From NCBI GenBank assembly GCA_964016885.1, contig OZ024762.1, forward strand, positions 7,564,001-7,628,000: a stretch of DNA of 64,000 nt, in the 5' to 3' direction. Shown piece by piece: positions 1 through 12,150 of the stretch. The notes beneath the pieces were generated by a model. The model saw nothing but the letters and a program-made list of their open reading frames with translations, was not told the origin of the DNA and did no database searches. The translations under genes and the position numbers were made by a program. The DNA is from Eledone cirrhosa. Its lineage: Eukaryota. The stretch's first letter is position 1; every line of letters starts with the position of its first letter.

Positions 1-1
1 A

Positions 2-952
2 GAAAAACCGTTCTATTGTGAAATATGTGGGAAATCTTTCGGAAACAATTCATCTCTTGTAGTCCATAAACGTAGTCACACTGGAGAAAAACCCTTCCAC
101 TGTGAAATATGTGGGAAATCTTTTGTGACTAACAGTGATTTAATAAAACACAAAAGGATGCACACAGGAGAGAAATCATTTCACTGTGAAGTATGTGGTA
201 TGTCTTTCTCTGTTCATTCTCACCTTGTAGTTCATATAAGAAGTCACACAGGAGAAAGACCCTATCATTGTGACATATGTGGGAAATATTTTATCACTAA
301 CAGTTATTTAAAAACACACAAGAAAATTCACACTGGAGAAAGACCGTTTCACTGTGAAATCTGTGGGAAGTCTTTTACTACTAAAGGTATTTTAAAAACA
401 CATAATATAGTACATACTGGAGAAAAACTATTTCATTGTGACATATGTGGAAAGTCTTTCATTGATAATTCCCATCTTGTTGTTCACATACGTAGTCACA
501 CTGGAGAAAGGCCATGCCATTGTGATGTGTGTGGGAAATCTTTTGTTGATAGCGGTGTCTTAAGAAAACACCAAAGATTGCACACTGGGGAGAAACCTTT
601 CAAGTGTGAAATATGTGAGAAATGTTTTGTCTCCAAAGGTTATTTAACAACACATGAAATGGTACACAGTGGAGAGAAACCTTTCGAGTGTGAAGTATGT
701 GGGAAATGTTTTGTATACAGTAGTTCTTTAACAGTTCACAAAAAAATACACACTGGAGAAAAACCTTATCATTGTGAAATATGTGGAAAATCTTTTGTCA
801 CTAACAATCTTTTAAAAAGGCACACACAGATACACACAGGAGAGAAACGATATAATTGTGACATATGTCTGAAATCATTTGTCACCAACAGTGTTTTAAA
901 TAGACACAAACTAACACACACTGGAGAGAAGACTTTTAAGTGTGAAACTTAA
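2..952 (+). CDS. Tandem C2H2 zinc-finger protein, 5'-truncated by the window edge; 11 complete fingers visible
   Basis: The frame is open from position 2 ([13 protein letters not shown]...) through the provided ORF 125-952. Repeated CxxC-x12-HxxxH fingers with TGEKP linkers; ends in a truncated finger (TFKCET*). Confidence 0.93.
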   Translation, partial: EKPFYCEICGKSFGNNSSLVVHKRSHTGEKPFHCEICGKSFVTNSDLIKHKRMHTGEKSFHCEVCGMSFSVHSHLVVHIRSHTGERPYHCDICGKYFITNSYLKTHKKIHTGERPFHCEICGKSFTTKGILKTHNIVHTGEKLFHCDICGKSFIDNSHLVVHIRSHTGERPCHCDVCGKSFVDSGVLRKHQRLHTGEKPFKCEICEKCFVSKGYLTTHEMVHSGEKPFECEVCGKCFVYSSSLTVHKKIHTGEKPYHCEICGKSFVTNNLLKRHTQIHTGEKRYNCDICLKSFVTNSVLNRHKLTHTGEKTFKCET

Positions 953-1463
953 GAAATCTTTCTCTTGCAAGTTTAAATTTGACCTTTCTTCTTTGCCCAC
1001 TTATTCCTGAGATTGTCGTGGGGGGTCCTCAAACACTCCTTTCAGCAGGTTCTGTCAGAAGCAACCATTTCCAACTGATCCAGCTGGATTCCCAAGCTGA
1101 GTGTCTGGCAAAGAGATGTAGGGAAATTGTCGAGTGCAAGCTGGCCGATGACCAGTGCGGTTTTCATCCAGGACGCAACACAGCCAACCAAATGTAAACT
1201 TATTGTCCACCAACATAGGCACATTATGGTGAAATATGTTGTTTTTAGAACGATACAAACATACATACGTTGGAGCAACATCTTTTAATTGCTAATAGTG
1301 AGAAACATTTCTTTTGTAAGTCCACTAACAACTACACATTGGTGAACATTTCTCATAGTGAAATATCTTCAGCCATTTTGTTAAAAATAAGCAGATATAT
1401 GTTAAGGTATGGACTTGTAACTCCTGAGGCAATGATAGGGGTGCCATATTGACACAACATTTC

Positions 1464-1692
1464 TTAACCCTTTAGCATTTAAACTGGCCATATCCGGCCA
1501 GAATTCTCTCATCTGTTTCTGTTCAAACTGGTTGTAATTGGCTGCTTATACTTATGTTAAGTTATTGTTCTCAAAATAAATAATATCAAAATCTCATAGA
1601 TTCGATATCATGTCAGATGATTATGCGAGGTAAAGCCTTTACCATAAAAATACAATAATATATATAGAGTAACGTAAATGCTAAAGGGTTAA
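1464..1692. mobile_element. piggyBac-type MITE (TTAA target, CCCTTTAGCATT termini)
   Basis: ttaaCCCTTTAGCATTT...AAATGCTAAAGGGttaa. Further copies near 19660-20093, 22330-22610, 29956-30300, 31920-32277, 32600-33200, 36934-37145, 39719-39930, 40151-40413 and 57799-58263. Confidence 0.8.
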
Positions 1693-2339
1693 GCAATTTT
1701 ATCTCCTCTACAGGCCTGAGTACAGCAGATTTCTTCCAGAGAAAGAGATAGAGAAGAATTGACCCCAGTACTTGACTGGTACTTTTTTTCTTATCAATCT
1801 ATAATTCTAGAATGGATGAAAGGCAAAGTTGACTTCGGCAGGATTTGAACCAAGGGAGAACAGAGAGCCAGGAAACCTTCTATTCGATGTTCTAACAACT
1901 CTGCCAATTCGCCACATCTGGCCGATTTGTACCAAAAGAAATATGAGATGATTTGTTGACAACATTCTTTATAAATAAAAGTAAACAGAAAGGGTGGACC
2001 TTCGAACCAACATGTAGACTGTGGAAATTTTTTTTTTTAAAATTATTTGGAATTTGAGAAAAAATAATTGCAAATGAAATACAAAAGCAGCATAAATTCT
2101 TGCCTTATTCAGTATTTTAAAAATATTTGTATATTTTTCTATACAGGAAATCTCCTACTGATATTCTTTAGAAAAAACTGAACTAAGTTTCATAAAAATA
2201 TTGTTGGAAACTTTGACCAAAATCTCTGTAAAGGATCAGAAATTCTCTTATGAGATGAATTTCTGATTCACCCTAATTCACCTTGCCCTCTACATATTCT
2301 TTTTTTAATAAATTTCTAAGACATTATCCAGTCCAAACT

Positions 2340-2585
2340 AACAAGGTCGTGTAGGTGTCACAACAAAAAAACACACAGTCCACGCTGTAATGTGTCCGTG
2401 TAGGTAACACGGTAAAAAACTGTCCACACTAAATGTGGTTGGTGTTAGGAAGGGCATCCAACCATAGAAAACCTGCGAGACAGTCCTATACGAAAAGACA
2501 TGGTCACCCGACCAATCTTGCCTCAAGTAGGACAATTCCCGTCTAATCCATGCTAGCATGGAAGATAGACGCTAAATGATGAGAT
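2340..2585 (+). mobile_element. Bipartite non-autonomous RTE-derived element (RTE 5' UTR segment + RTE 3' tail)
   Basis: GGTGTTAGGAAGGGCATCCA (also seen 5' of the RTE endonuclease at 41751) joined to ...CCGTCTAATCCATGCTAGCATGGAA...(ATG)n. Many copies, e.g. 3730-4660, 14650-14960, 16850-17010, 21125-21290, 23245-23400, 29520-29650, 34260-34400, 61170-61395. Confidence 0.75.
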
Positions 2586-3179
2586 ATCATTTTTATGGAC
2601 ATAAAAGAACTCTTAATATACACAAAGCTTTCTGTCTTTAGCCTTGTAACGTAAGATCTCTTTCAGATGAACCTGTGAAACAGATGTACCATTTATTTTT
2701 CACAGGTAACTTTACTCCTTGTAAAGTCATCTCACCTTGGCTATATTACAGGTGTGAGACTATCAACTGAATACTTCTGTCTTAAAACAATTAAAAACTA
2801 TATTTATTTACTGTATTTATTTATTAAACAGTTTATTCTATCAGGTATCTCAATTCTTTACTGATGTTTCTATATGTGTATATGTATATATGTAAATGTA
2901 TATATAAGTGGAGAATAACATGGTCAACAGTACAAAAAAGACGATTTATTTGCAGTCTAACAATTGTTTCACTGATAGAGTTGTCTAAAAATTGCTGAAC
3001 ACTAAAAACAGTGCCACTCAATTTTAAATACGATGTTAACTCTACTAGATCATCGGAAACTGAAAAAATATATATGTAACCAGCAAATTTACAATTCAAA
3101 TTACATCAATTCACAACTCGTCTAACCCATGCTAGCGTGGAAAATGGACATAAAATGGTGATGATGATATATATATATA

Positions 3180-3330
3180 CCGAAGTAGAGTTTTAATATT
3201 CATTTTATTAAGGCTAAATAGTGAGTCTTGTTACTCTGGAGTTTTGCCTGTTTATCATATGACTTTGTGATAAACAGACAAAACTCCAGAATAACAAGAC
3301 TCATTATTTAACCTTCATAAAATGAATATA
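3180..3330. mobile_element. Fold-back Penelope-like remnant embedded in (TA)n
   Basis: Near-perfect palindrome ~3197-3330. Each arm carries a hammerhead 3'-half-like (G>A)AAACTCCAGAGTA. Related copy at ~50740-50890. Confidence 0.55.
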
Positions 3331-4633
3331 TATATATAAGAAGTCCACTATAATATATACTTGGACAATGTGAGATGGACTCCTATGTGCCTCCAGGGGC
3401 ATGATATCTCATGGTCCCAGCAGATTGGATACGAAAGAGTTAAGGCAGAGGTTAGCAAGGAAGATACATTGAAATGGCCATTCCATCTCGGCTGATTCAT
3501 CCTTTATTTCTTGTACAAACATAGACGGACTCTGTTTTAAAAATATTCTCTACTCATTCATGTCGATGAGATGTTAGACAATAAAAAGAAACAAGAAGAG
3601 ATGATTGTCAGATTGGATAAAGAAAACTTTGAACTCAATTTTGGAAATAACAGCCAACAAATATGAGAGTTGTAGCATTTTATTAAAATATTTTTAAGAC
3701 TTTCATGAAATAAGATTTAATATACAAATACATGCAAGTGGTTGGTGATGGGAAGGGCTTTCAGCCATGAAGAGCTTGCTAAACAAACAAATAAAGGGTC
3801 GGGAGGACCCCTTAGTCATGTCAAGGATATGACAGCCTCCCTAGTGTTGGTGATCTATATGATAAACACACCCAGTGTACTCTGTAAAGTTGTTGGTGAA
3901 AGGAAGGTCATCCAGCCATAGAAATCTTATTAAACTAAGGATTAGGAAGACACTCTGTTGTGTCAAAGATGACAACCTCTCCTGTGTACTCAGTAGAATG
4001 TGAGACCATACATAAGCAAGATGACACATCCCTGGGATGTCTGTGGCCCTGCTTCAGTACTGACCTAGTCTATGTAGACCTGTCCAACCTCTTCTAGCAG
4101 GGAAAGGACATTAAAACAATGAAGATGATGCACTGGCATCAAAATAAGATGTTCCCAGTATACAAAGGTAGGTGTTAGAAAAGACATCCAGCTATAGAAC
4201 CATATCAAGATGTGGTCATCTAACCAGTATAACCACATTCCTAGCAGCTGTCTCTCTTCCGTGAAATGGTTGGTGATGGGAAGGGCATCCAGCCATGGAG
4301 GGCCTGTCAAACAAAAAGTTTAGGAGGACCCTCAGTTGTGTCAAAGATATGACAACCTCTGCTGTGTACTTGGTAGAACGTCAGACCATACATAAGCGAG
4401 ACCCATATACCTGGCCTGCTTGGGAGATCTGTAGCCCCTGCTTCAGTACTGACTTGATCTAACCAAACAAAGAGTTAGGAGGCCCCTTAGTTATGTCAAA
4501 GATATGAAAACCTCCCTTGTGTACTTGGTAGAACGTGAGACCGCACATAAACGAGAGGACAGATTCCTGGCATGTTTGGGAGTTCAGTAGCTGCCTCTGC
4601 AGTACTGATTTGGTCTAGCAGGGAAAACTGATG

Positions 4634-5902
4634 TTAAAACAACGATGATGATGATGATGAATGAAAAGGTTTCCTTATGGTGTGTACTTGTTTGTGTCTT
4701 TTTAAGAGGCTGTTAGAGACAAACGATTTCTGACATAGTTCACAACAATATGGTTTTTCTCCAGTGTGGCTACGTTTGTGAATAACAAGGCTGGAATTCA
4801 CAGAAAAGGAATTTCCACATATTTCACAATGGTAGGGTCTTTCTCCTGTGTGCGTTCTTTTGTGTCTATTTAAATCCCTATTAGAGACAAAATATTTTCC
4901 ACAAATTTCACAGTTAAAGGGTTTTTCCCCAGTGTGTATTATTCCATGGGTTTTTAAAAGACTGTTAGTGATAAACGATTTTCCACATATTCCACAATGA
5001 TAGGGTTTCTCTCCAGTATGTATTCTAATGTGAACTACAAGATTAGAATTATCAGAGAAAGACTTCCCACATATTTCACAGTGGTAGGGCCTTTCCCCAG
5101 TGTGTATTCTTTTGTGAACTAAAAGATGAGAATTATTAACAAATGATTTTCCACATATTTCACAATGGAAAGGTTTCTCTCCAGCGTGATTACGTATGTG
5201 GACAACAAAACTAGAATTATCTGAGAAAGATTTCCCACATATCTGACAACGATACGGTCTTTCACCAGTGTGTGTTCTTCTGTGTTTTGTTAAACTACTG
5301 TTAGAGACAAAATATTTTCCACATATTTCACAGTGAAAGGGTTTTTCTCCAGTGTGTATTTTTTTGTGTTTTGATAAGTCACTGTTAGAGACGAAAGATT
5401 TCCCACATATTTCGCAATGGAAAGGTTTCTCTCCTGTGTGAATACGTATATGGATAACAAGACAAGAATTATCATTAAACGATTTCCCACATATTTCACA
5501 CCAATAGGGTTTTTCTCCAGTGTGTGTTCTTCTGTGCTTTGTTAAATTACTGCTATAAACAAAATATTTCCCACATATTTCGCACTGGAAAGGTTTTTCT
5601 CCTGTGTGAATACGTTTATGCTTTGTTAAATTACTATTACACAGAAAATACTTTCCACATATTTCACAGTGGAAGGGTCTTTCTTTGTGTAATTCTTTAT
5701 GCGTTAAGACCTCATGTTCCGAAGAAAATATTTCCTTACAAATCTCACAGCTATATTCAGGAACATTTCCATGTAATGATGTTTGTTCAGTAAATGTTTC
5801 ACCAGAAGGTTTTTCATCGGTGTATGTCTGTGTCTGTGTAACTGTATGTATATTGGTAGAAACAGGTGTGTTAGAAATGTCCAAGTCCTTAACATCCTCC
5901 AT
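4634..5902 (-). CDS. Tandem C2H2 zinc-finger protein, 422 aa, ~13 fingers, single coding exon
   Basis: ORF with a short acidic/Thr-rich N-terminus, one divergent finger, then 12 canonical TGEKP-linked fingers. Finger style is close to the gene at 2-952 (convergent paralogues). Confidence 0.93.
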   Translation of the reverse strand: MEDVKDLDISNTPVSTNIHTVTQTQTYTDEKPSGETFTEQTSLHGNVPEYSCEICKEIFSSEHEVLTHKELHKERPFHCEICGKYFLCNSNLTKHKRIHTGEKPFQCEICGKYFVYSSNLTKHRRTHTGEKPYWCEICGKSFNDNSCLVIHIRIHTGEKPFHCEICGKSFVSNSDLSKHKKIHTGEKPFHCEICGKYFVSNSSLTKHRRTHTGERPYRCQICGKSFSDNSSFVVHIRNHAGEKPFHCEICGKSFVNNSHLLVHKRIHTGERPYHCEICGKSFSDNSNLVVHIRIHTGEKPYHCGICGKSFITNSLLKTHGIIHTGEKPFNCEICGKYFVSNRDLNRHKRTHTGERPYHCEICGNSFSVNSSLVIHKRSHTGEKPYCCELCQKSFVSNSLLKRHKQVHTIRKPFHSSSSSSLF

Positions 5903-7859
5903 ATTATATTCTGGTATAATGTTGAGACAAGAGAGAAGTCTGTGAGTAAATTATATTATGGTGAACTTTCCTGCCTTCAACAATAAAGGAATTGTGTTTA
6001 CATTAGTAGAAAACATGTAATGTAGATAGAACTAGTCTGTATGTTAGTAACAACAGATATGTCAAATCTTCCTGTTGGACGGAGAGATTTACAATAGCCT
6101 TTGGGGTGGGGGAGAGATGTCTTCTCTTGTGTAAATAGGTATAGCTTTCATTATGTAAAACCTCCCCATTCTGCCTCGTTTCTCCCCGTTTTGGGGCATT
6201 TTTTTTTTTCACGGTACTCCCCGTTTGGGTCTTTAGAGGTTGGCAAATCTGTAACTACGGACACAAATGTTGTAAACAAATAAACTTCTTTTTGTGTTAA
6301 TGTGCTGGTTGTCTAAACCATACGAGTTTTATGTATTTAAAGTCGAACTAAAAAGTAAAGGGTCAGGAAAGCTTCAACGTTGAAGTTAACAGTTGTTTAA
6401 ATATAAATATACTTTAGCTGTAGAAGGGATGTCCGAACGAGTATCCTCTATCAACAACTAACTTAACACACACACACCTTTAGTTTTGTGTTCGGACCTG
6501 GTGTTTTCACTGACACACACTCCCGCATAAACACCTTTTAGACACTGCTAAACTGTTGATTCTTTCTTTCCACATTTTCACATCTACCTTGTCTAGTTTC
6601 CAGTATTTTATTCCAATTTAGCAGTGAATCTGAAATTATTTCACCTCAACTGGTCCGGCTCTATGTCCGGTTACCTAGGTAGTTGGTTCGTAACAGGACA
6701 AAAATAGTACTCAATCCTTAATGTAGAGTGATTCAGAATAATAGCATATGAGAACCGGTATAAAATAAGTTTACGTACTTGACGAATATAACCACATTAT
6801 AACATCACTTCTCAGGCGCTCTCAAAACATAAGCTGGAGGGAGCACAAGACTCTCCGGGATATATATATATATAACTGATGTTGCATGTAGAAGGGAGGG
6901 TGAGGTTTGCTGGCCTTTGTCATCGGGCCTCAATTGAAGCTGTGTCCTATTTGATGCTTTGGAAAGCTGCACCTAATATCAAGACGAAGGGGAAGTGGCA
7001 GGCTCTCGTATTCAGATGTTATAGCCAAGAATGCTGGTGTTCACATTCAGGACCTAGCTACTGGTCATGAGCGACCCAAAAGGAGATCTAAGTTGAGTCT
7101 ATTTTGACCAAGGCCGGAGGATGATGATGGAGATAACCCCATATCCGTTCGTCCTGTGATCTATGTAACATCTAAATCACTGTATGTTAGCCACAAATAT
7201 TAACTTTCACCTAAATATGAGATAATGATAGATTTACATTAGATAAAGTTAGGAACATACCAAGGTAGCGGTGTCATTGATAATTTTCTCCCTTCGTTTG
7301 AATAATACCGGTGTCGTAATTTGAAGTTCCCTAACATAATTTAGTACAATCAGAAAGAGATTCTATTATATCGGTTTGTTCTTTCACTTGTATCCAACTC
7401 ATAATAAATAAATTAAATTAAAAAAGCTACCACCCACACCTTGAAAAATATCTATAGCGTATCAACGAGGAAGCCTCAACGTAGTTGATTAAGCTATTAG
7501 AAATAAGAGCTAAATCCTCGTCACATTACTGTCTATGTTCTGTTGTATGATTGCAAGCACAGCAGTGTTTAAGTAAAACACAAGCAACACTAGATGAATG
7601 TTAACATAACAACAACATCATAAATGTATTAGAATTAATTGTCAGTCGAAATTCCAGAAGTCACTTGATAAGTCAAATTGTCTTATAATTGGACTTCATA
7701 ACACTTAATTGTTTCAGCGCCTTAGCCACATATAGTTCTTGCGCTTTTCCCCCTTTTCCTTCTCATTTACAGAATTTATGGTCCTCTCCTTTACAGCCAG
7801 ATCTGCCCCTGTACCCTTTCTCCCTTTTATTTACTTAATTTAGTTTTTATCGTTCTTCT

Positions 7860-8250
7860 TCTTCGCCCACTTAATCCTGAGTGGGTTGTGGGAGGCAGAG
7901 TCCTCAAACACTCCTTCCAACGGTTCCTTTCAGAAACAACCGTCTCCAATTGATCCAGCTGGATCGCAAACGAGACCAGCGAAACTCATGGATGTTATCC
8001 GACCATCTTGCTCGGGGTCTCCCCCTGGGTCTTCTACCAACTGGTTTCGCCAGTAAAATCTGTCCAGTGATGCTTTCCTGAGACGTTCTAACCACATGTC
8101 CATAGTATCAGAGCTGTGATCTCTCAATTCAGAGAAGTAGCAGCTCTACCTGGAGTGACTCTTCAGTGATTCTTTCCTGAGACATTCTAACCACATGTCC
8201 ATAGTATCAGAGCTGTGATCTCTCAATTCGGAGAAGTAGTGGCTCTTTTA
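7860..8250 (-). mobile_element. RTE-type LINE 3' fragment
   Basis: QILLAKPVGRRPRGRPRARWSDNI. Related pieces at 980-1200, 26960-27100 and 36740-36860. Confidence 0.75.
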
Positions 8251-8339
8251 AAAAAATATTTTCCATCATTGTATAATTTTTGTTTGTAAAATATGGTTGA
8301 CATACAAATCTTTGTTTAAACAATTATTAGTTATGATTG

Positions 8340-8465
8340 TTTCTACTTTTGGCACAAGGCCAGCAATTACCTCAGTACATTACTGGTACTTTATCTCATC
8401 AACCCCGTAAGGATGAAAGGCAAAGTTAACCTCGGCGGGATTTGAACTCAGAATGTAAAGGGCCA
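8340..8465 (-). mobile_element. SINE family with conserved GCCTTTCATCC...AGTACCAG central domain
   Basis: Reverse strand reads B-box GAGTTCAAATCCC followed by GCCTTTCATCCTTACGGGG...AAGTACCAG. Copies near 1760-1910, 17975-18135, 18235-18400, 21500-21715, 31770-31890, 47760-47960, 53900-53975, 58410-59010 and 62130-62300. Confidence 0.75.
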
Positions 8466-8560
8466 TACAGTTAAAATACAATTCTTTGTCAACATATCGA
8501 TTAATTTTTATTATTGTTGAATTAAGATTTACCTCCCTTAAAAAAGCTCATTGTACACAC

Positions 8561-8645
8561 TGCGCATGTGCAGTCGCCATATTGTTAATTTCTCGAGTTC
8601 TCTGCAAGTTCTACCATTCACATAGTTATAACAAACCTAGTAAGT
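8561..8645 (+). promoter_or_regulatory. Putative promoter and first non-coding exon of the ZNF gene at 10564
   Basis: NRF1-like TGCGCATGTGCA (8561-8572) followed by YY1-like CGCCATATTG (8575-8584). Donor GTAAGT at 8640 and a matching polypyrimidine acceptor TTTCAG ending at 9756. Confidence 0.5.
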
Positions 8646-8767
8646 ATTAAATATTTATCGATGATATAAATCTGTGATTTGTGTGATATTTGGCTGCTAT
8701 TTCTAGTATTTAATCCACCACATGTCAGTCTGTTTGAAATGTTAAGAGACCAATAGTTGATAGCAGA

Positions 8768-8970
8768 GGCGCATGGCTTAGCGGTTAGAGCGTTGCGACT
8801 TACAATCGTCGGGTTGTGAGTTCGATTCCTGGATCGGGCAATATGTTGTGTCCTTCAGCAAGACACTTTATTTTCACGTTGCTCCAGTTTACTTAGCTGT
8901 AGAAATCAACTGTGTTGTGACATCACAGGTGCCAAGCTGTATCAGTCATTGCCTTTCCCTTGGACAACAT
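8768..8970 (+). mobile_element. tRNA-derived SINE (Meta/CORE-like TGTGTCCTTGAGCAAGACAC domain)
   Basis: A-box TGGCTTAGCGG, B-box GTTCGATTCC, then TGTGTCCTT.AGCAAGACACTTT. Copies at 9352-9560, 14380-14610(-), 15310-15525(-), 33722-33975, 42785-42925(-) and 57540-57800. Confidence 0.8.
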
Positions 8971-9234
8971 TACATATAGTGTGTGTGTATATATATATTT
9001 GTAATATAAGCACATAAACCTCATCAATTTATTTATATATTTTAGCCGTTATTCATTTTTGACAGCGTTTCCCGATCAAGAGTCTCTTTCCTACTTAATT
9101 TTCCCCTTCTCTCTTATTCCCCCCCCCCCTCTTCCTTCTTTTTTCCAATCTTCTCTCCTTTTATATTTTTTGTCATATGTTGCCTGGACACTTCCTTGTT
9201 CACAAGTGTTTTTAGGCATCATATCATGTTACCT

Positions 9235-9305
9235 TATTTTATCTGATGAGAACGCAATTATCGTCCTGGGATGATATTTGTTTTTGAAATGCGCATAATA
9301 AAATA
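9235..9305 (+). ncRNA. Type I hammerhead ribozyme motif (Penelope-like family A)
   Basis: Stem I TATTTTAT(9235-42)/ATAAAATA(9298-9305); core CUGAUGA 9243-49; 36-nt imperfect stem II 9250-85; GAAA 9286-89; palindromic stem III AUGCGCAU; predicted cleavage after AUA at 9297. Confidence 0.75.
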
Positions 9306-10563
9306 TATGGAACGTTTTTTAACCATCTTTTAATTTCTTCTATATATATAAGGCGTGTGGCTGAGTGGTTAGAGAATTGGATACGCAATCGTGAGGTTGT
9401 GAGTTCAATTCCTGAACCGGGCGATGCGTTATGTCCTTGAGCAAGACATTTTATTTCACGTTGCTCCTTCTACCTGGAGTTGCGACAGATAGATAGTATT
9501 AGCAATTGGAAAGACCAACGGAAACATTGTTTTCTCGGTCCGATTTGACGAAAGTCGATCGTTCCTGTATATATATATATATATATATATACACACTAAT
9601 GCCAAGCAGTATTTAATACATATATGTGACACAATCTGAAGTTGTATCTCTAATAAGTATATACGTAGGCTTCACAGTATAATGTAAAAAAGATGTAAAA
9701 CTTCTGTTGTATCTCTACATTTTAAACTATCATATACTGTTTCTTTTCTATTTCAGACAATCAGATGACATTGGCATTACATATTTACATCAGATGAATC
9801 ATCAATATTTGTCATTGTGTAAAGACTAGAGGATGGTGTTATAGAGACAACACACAACAGGCATACAGGATAGTGGAGACTTCAGGTGTCCTTCGTTACT
9901 CACCCCCACAGCTTCTACTGTCGTGTCCTTGGCCCACCTCCCTACTCACCACCATCGGCTTCAGGTGTTCCTGGCCCTTGGACAGCTCCCTACTCACCAC
10001 CAACAGCTTCAGGCGTCCTTGGCCTTAAGACCACCTGCCTGCTCACCACCATCGGCAGAGAGTTGGCTACCCGCAGGTGTTAGCCTCACAAGCTGGAATG
10101 GCTCTTTTAGCGTGTCTCCCTCCAGGGAAACGCCTTTGATATTTTCTCCACTTGGGCTGCATCGCAGACAGCATGTGGGCCCCTATTTGCTGATAAGAGT
10201 GAGAAATGGGGAAACACGGAGTCAGTGAGTGGGAATTTGGTTCCTTTGTGTTCGGACCTGGTGTATGTGTGTGTGTATATATATATATTTACCGTACCAC
10301 GTTACATACAACACTGAAGGTCTTACTCAAGTAAACAAAACTAACATTACACATCATTGGCCTTATTATGTCTTCTAATTAAACATGAACCAATTTATGG
10401 AGTGAGCAGCCCTCTTCTAATATCAACAAAGACCACAATTGATGGATATTTCTGAGGAATATAATTTTAAAAACAGGAAGAAAGAAAAATATATTTAGAT
10501 AAGGGAAGAATTATGGAAAACATTTCATGTGAGAAATAATTTAAATCTATAACACAGTGTCAA

Positions 10564-11946
10564 ATGATGGATTTTCCTTGTGATAAAATGTTGAAAGAGA
10601 CAAGAAAAGCATCACACCCCTGTGATAAATCATTCTCTCAAAAAGGTCTCCTCGTTAATCACAAACGTATTCATACAGGAGAGAAGCCATATCACTGTGA
10701 TATCTGTGGTAAATCATTCTCTACAAATGCTTACTTAAATAAACACAGGAGTGTTCACACAGGGGTATCATCTCACCGCTGTAATATCTGTGGTAAATTA
10801 TTTTCTGTGAAAAATAGCTTGCTTATTCACAAACGTATTCATACAGGAGAAAAGCCATATCACTGTGATATCTGCGGTAAATCATTCTCTACTGATTGCA
10901 TATTGACTAAACACAAAAGTATTCATACAGGAGAGAAACCATATCAGTGTGATATCTGTGATAAATTATTCTCTCAGAAAACTTATTTGAGCATTCACAA
11001 ACGTAGTCATACAGGAGAGAGACCGTATCACTGTGAGATTTGTGGTAAGTCATTTACTCAGAGTTCTTCAATGGTTAGCCATAAACGAGTTCATACAGGA
11101 GAGAAACCATATCACTGTGATATCTGTGGTAAATCATTCTCTACTGATTCGATCATGACTAACCATAAACGTATTCATACAGGAGAGAAACCATATCAGT
11201 GCGATATCTGTGGTAAATCATTCTCTCAGAAAACTTATTTGAGCATTCACAAACGTAGTCATACAGGAGAGAAACCGTATCACTGTGACATTTGTGGTAA
11301 ATCATTTTCTCGAAATGATAAGTTAAGTACACACAACCAGATTCACACGGGAGAGAAACCATACCACTGTGATATCTGTGGTAAATCATTCTCTCAGATA
11401 GCTCATTTGATCACTCACAAACGTATTCATACAGGAGAGAAACCACATCACTGTGAGGTCTGTGGTAAATCATTCTCTCAACAGAGTCACTTAATCATGC
11501 ACAAACGTATTCATACAGGAGAGAAACCATATCATTGTGAGGTCTGTGGTAAATCATTCTCTCAGATAGCTCATTTGATCACTCACAAACGTATTCATAC
11601 AGGAGAGAAACCACATCACTGTGAGGTCTGTGGTAAATCATTCTCTCAACACACTCACTTAATCATGCACAAACATATACATACAGGAGAGAAACCACAT
11701 CACTGTGAGGTCTGTGGTAAATCATTCTCTCAACACACTCACTTAATCATGCACAAACATATACATACAGGAGAGAAACCATATCACTGTGATAAATCAT
11801 TTGCTCAAAATAGTAACATAACAAAACACAAACGTAGTCATACAGGAGAGAAACCATATCACTGTGATATATGTGGTAAATCATTCTCTCGAAATGTCTT
11901 AACCAAACACAAACGTACTCATACAGGAGAAACCACATCACTGTGA
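10564..11946 (+). CDS. Tandem C2H2 zinc-finger protein, 460 aa, ~16 finger units (3 degenerate)
   Basis: ORF of near-identical 84-bp finger repeats ([17 protein letters not shown]). Two units lack three residues (CDKSF), one lacks one residue, and a frameshift ends the array (TGETTSL*). Confidence 0.92.
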   Translation: MMDFPCDKMLKETRKASHPCDKSFSQKGLLVNHKRIHTGEKPYHCDICGKSFSTNAYLNKHRSVHTGVSSHRCNICGKLFSVKNSLLIHKRIHTGEKPYHCDICGKSFSTDCILTKHKSIHTGEKPYQCDICDKLFSQKTYLSIHKRSHTGERPYHCEICGKSFTQSSSMVSHKRVHTGEKPYHCDICGKSFSTDSIMTNHKRIHTGEKPYQCDICGKSFSQKTYLSIHKRSHTGEKPYHCDICGKSFSRNDKLSTHNQIHTGEKPYHCDICGKSFSQIAHLITHKRIHTGEKPHHCEVCGKSFSQQSHLIMHKRIHTGEKPYHCEVCGKSFSQIAHLITHKRIHTGEKPHHCEVCGKSFSQHTHLIMHKHIHTGEKPHHCEVCGKSFSQHTHLIMHKHIHTGEKPYHCDKSFAQNSNITKHKRSHTGEKPYHCDICGKSFSRNVLTKHKRTHTGETTSL

Positions 11947-12117
11947 TATCTATGATAAATCATAATATCACCATGTTTTATACAATTGGTGTTAATGTGT
12001 GTGTAGTGGCTGGCATACATATCTATGTCTATAAAATGCATACTGTTCAACCTCGTTTTTGTTTTAATCCTTCACATTTTAACAATGTCCTTGCACGTGT
12101 TTTTGTCTTGCCTTAAC

Positions 12118-12150
<33 letters not shown>

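Noticed and set aside
5290-5986. Alternative-frame and antisense ORFs over the ZNF genes (also 11159-11941)
   Set aside because: They are shadow frames of the repetitive finger coding sequence.
8768-8840. tRNA genes at SINE heads (also 9352, 33722, 57540)
   Set aside because: A and B boxes are present, but there is no intact cloverleaf and each runs into a SINE body.
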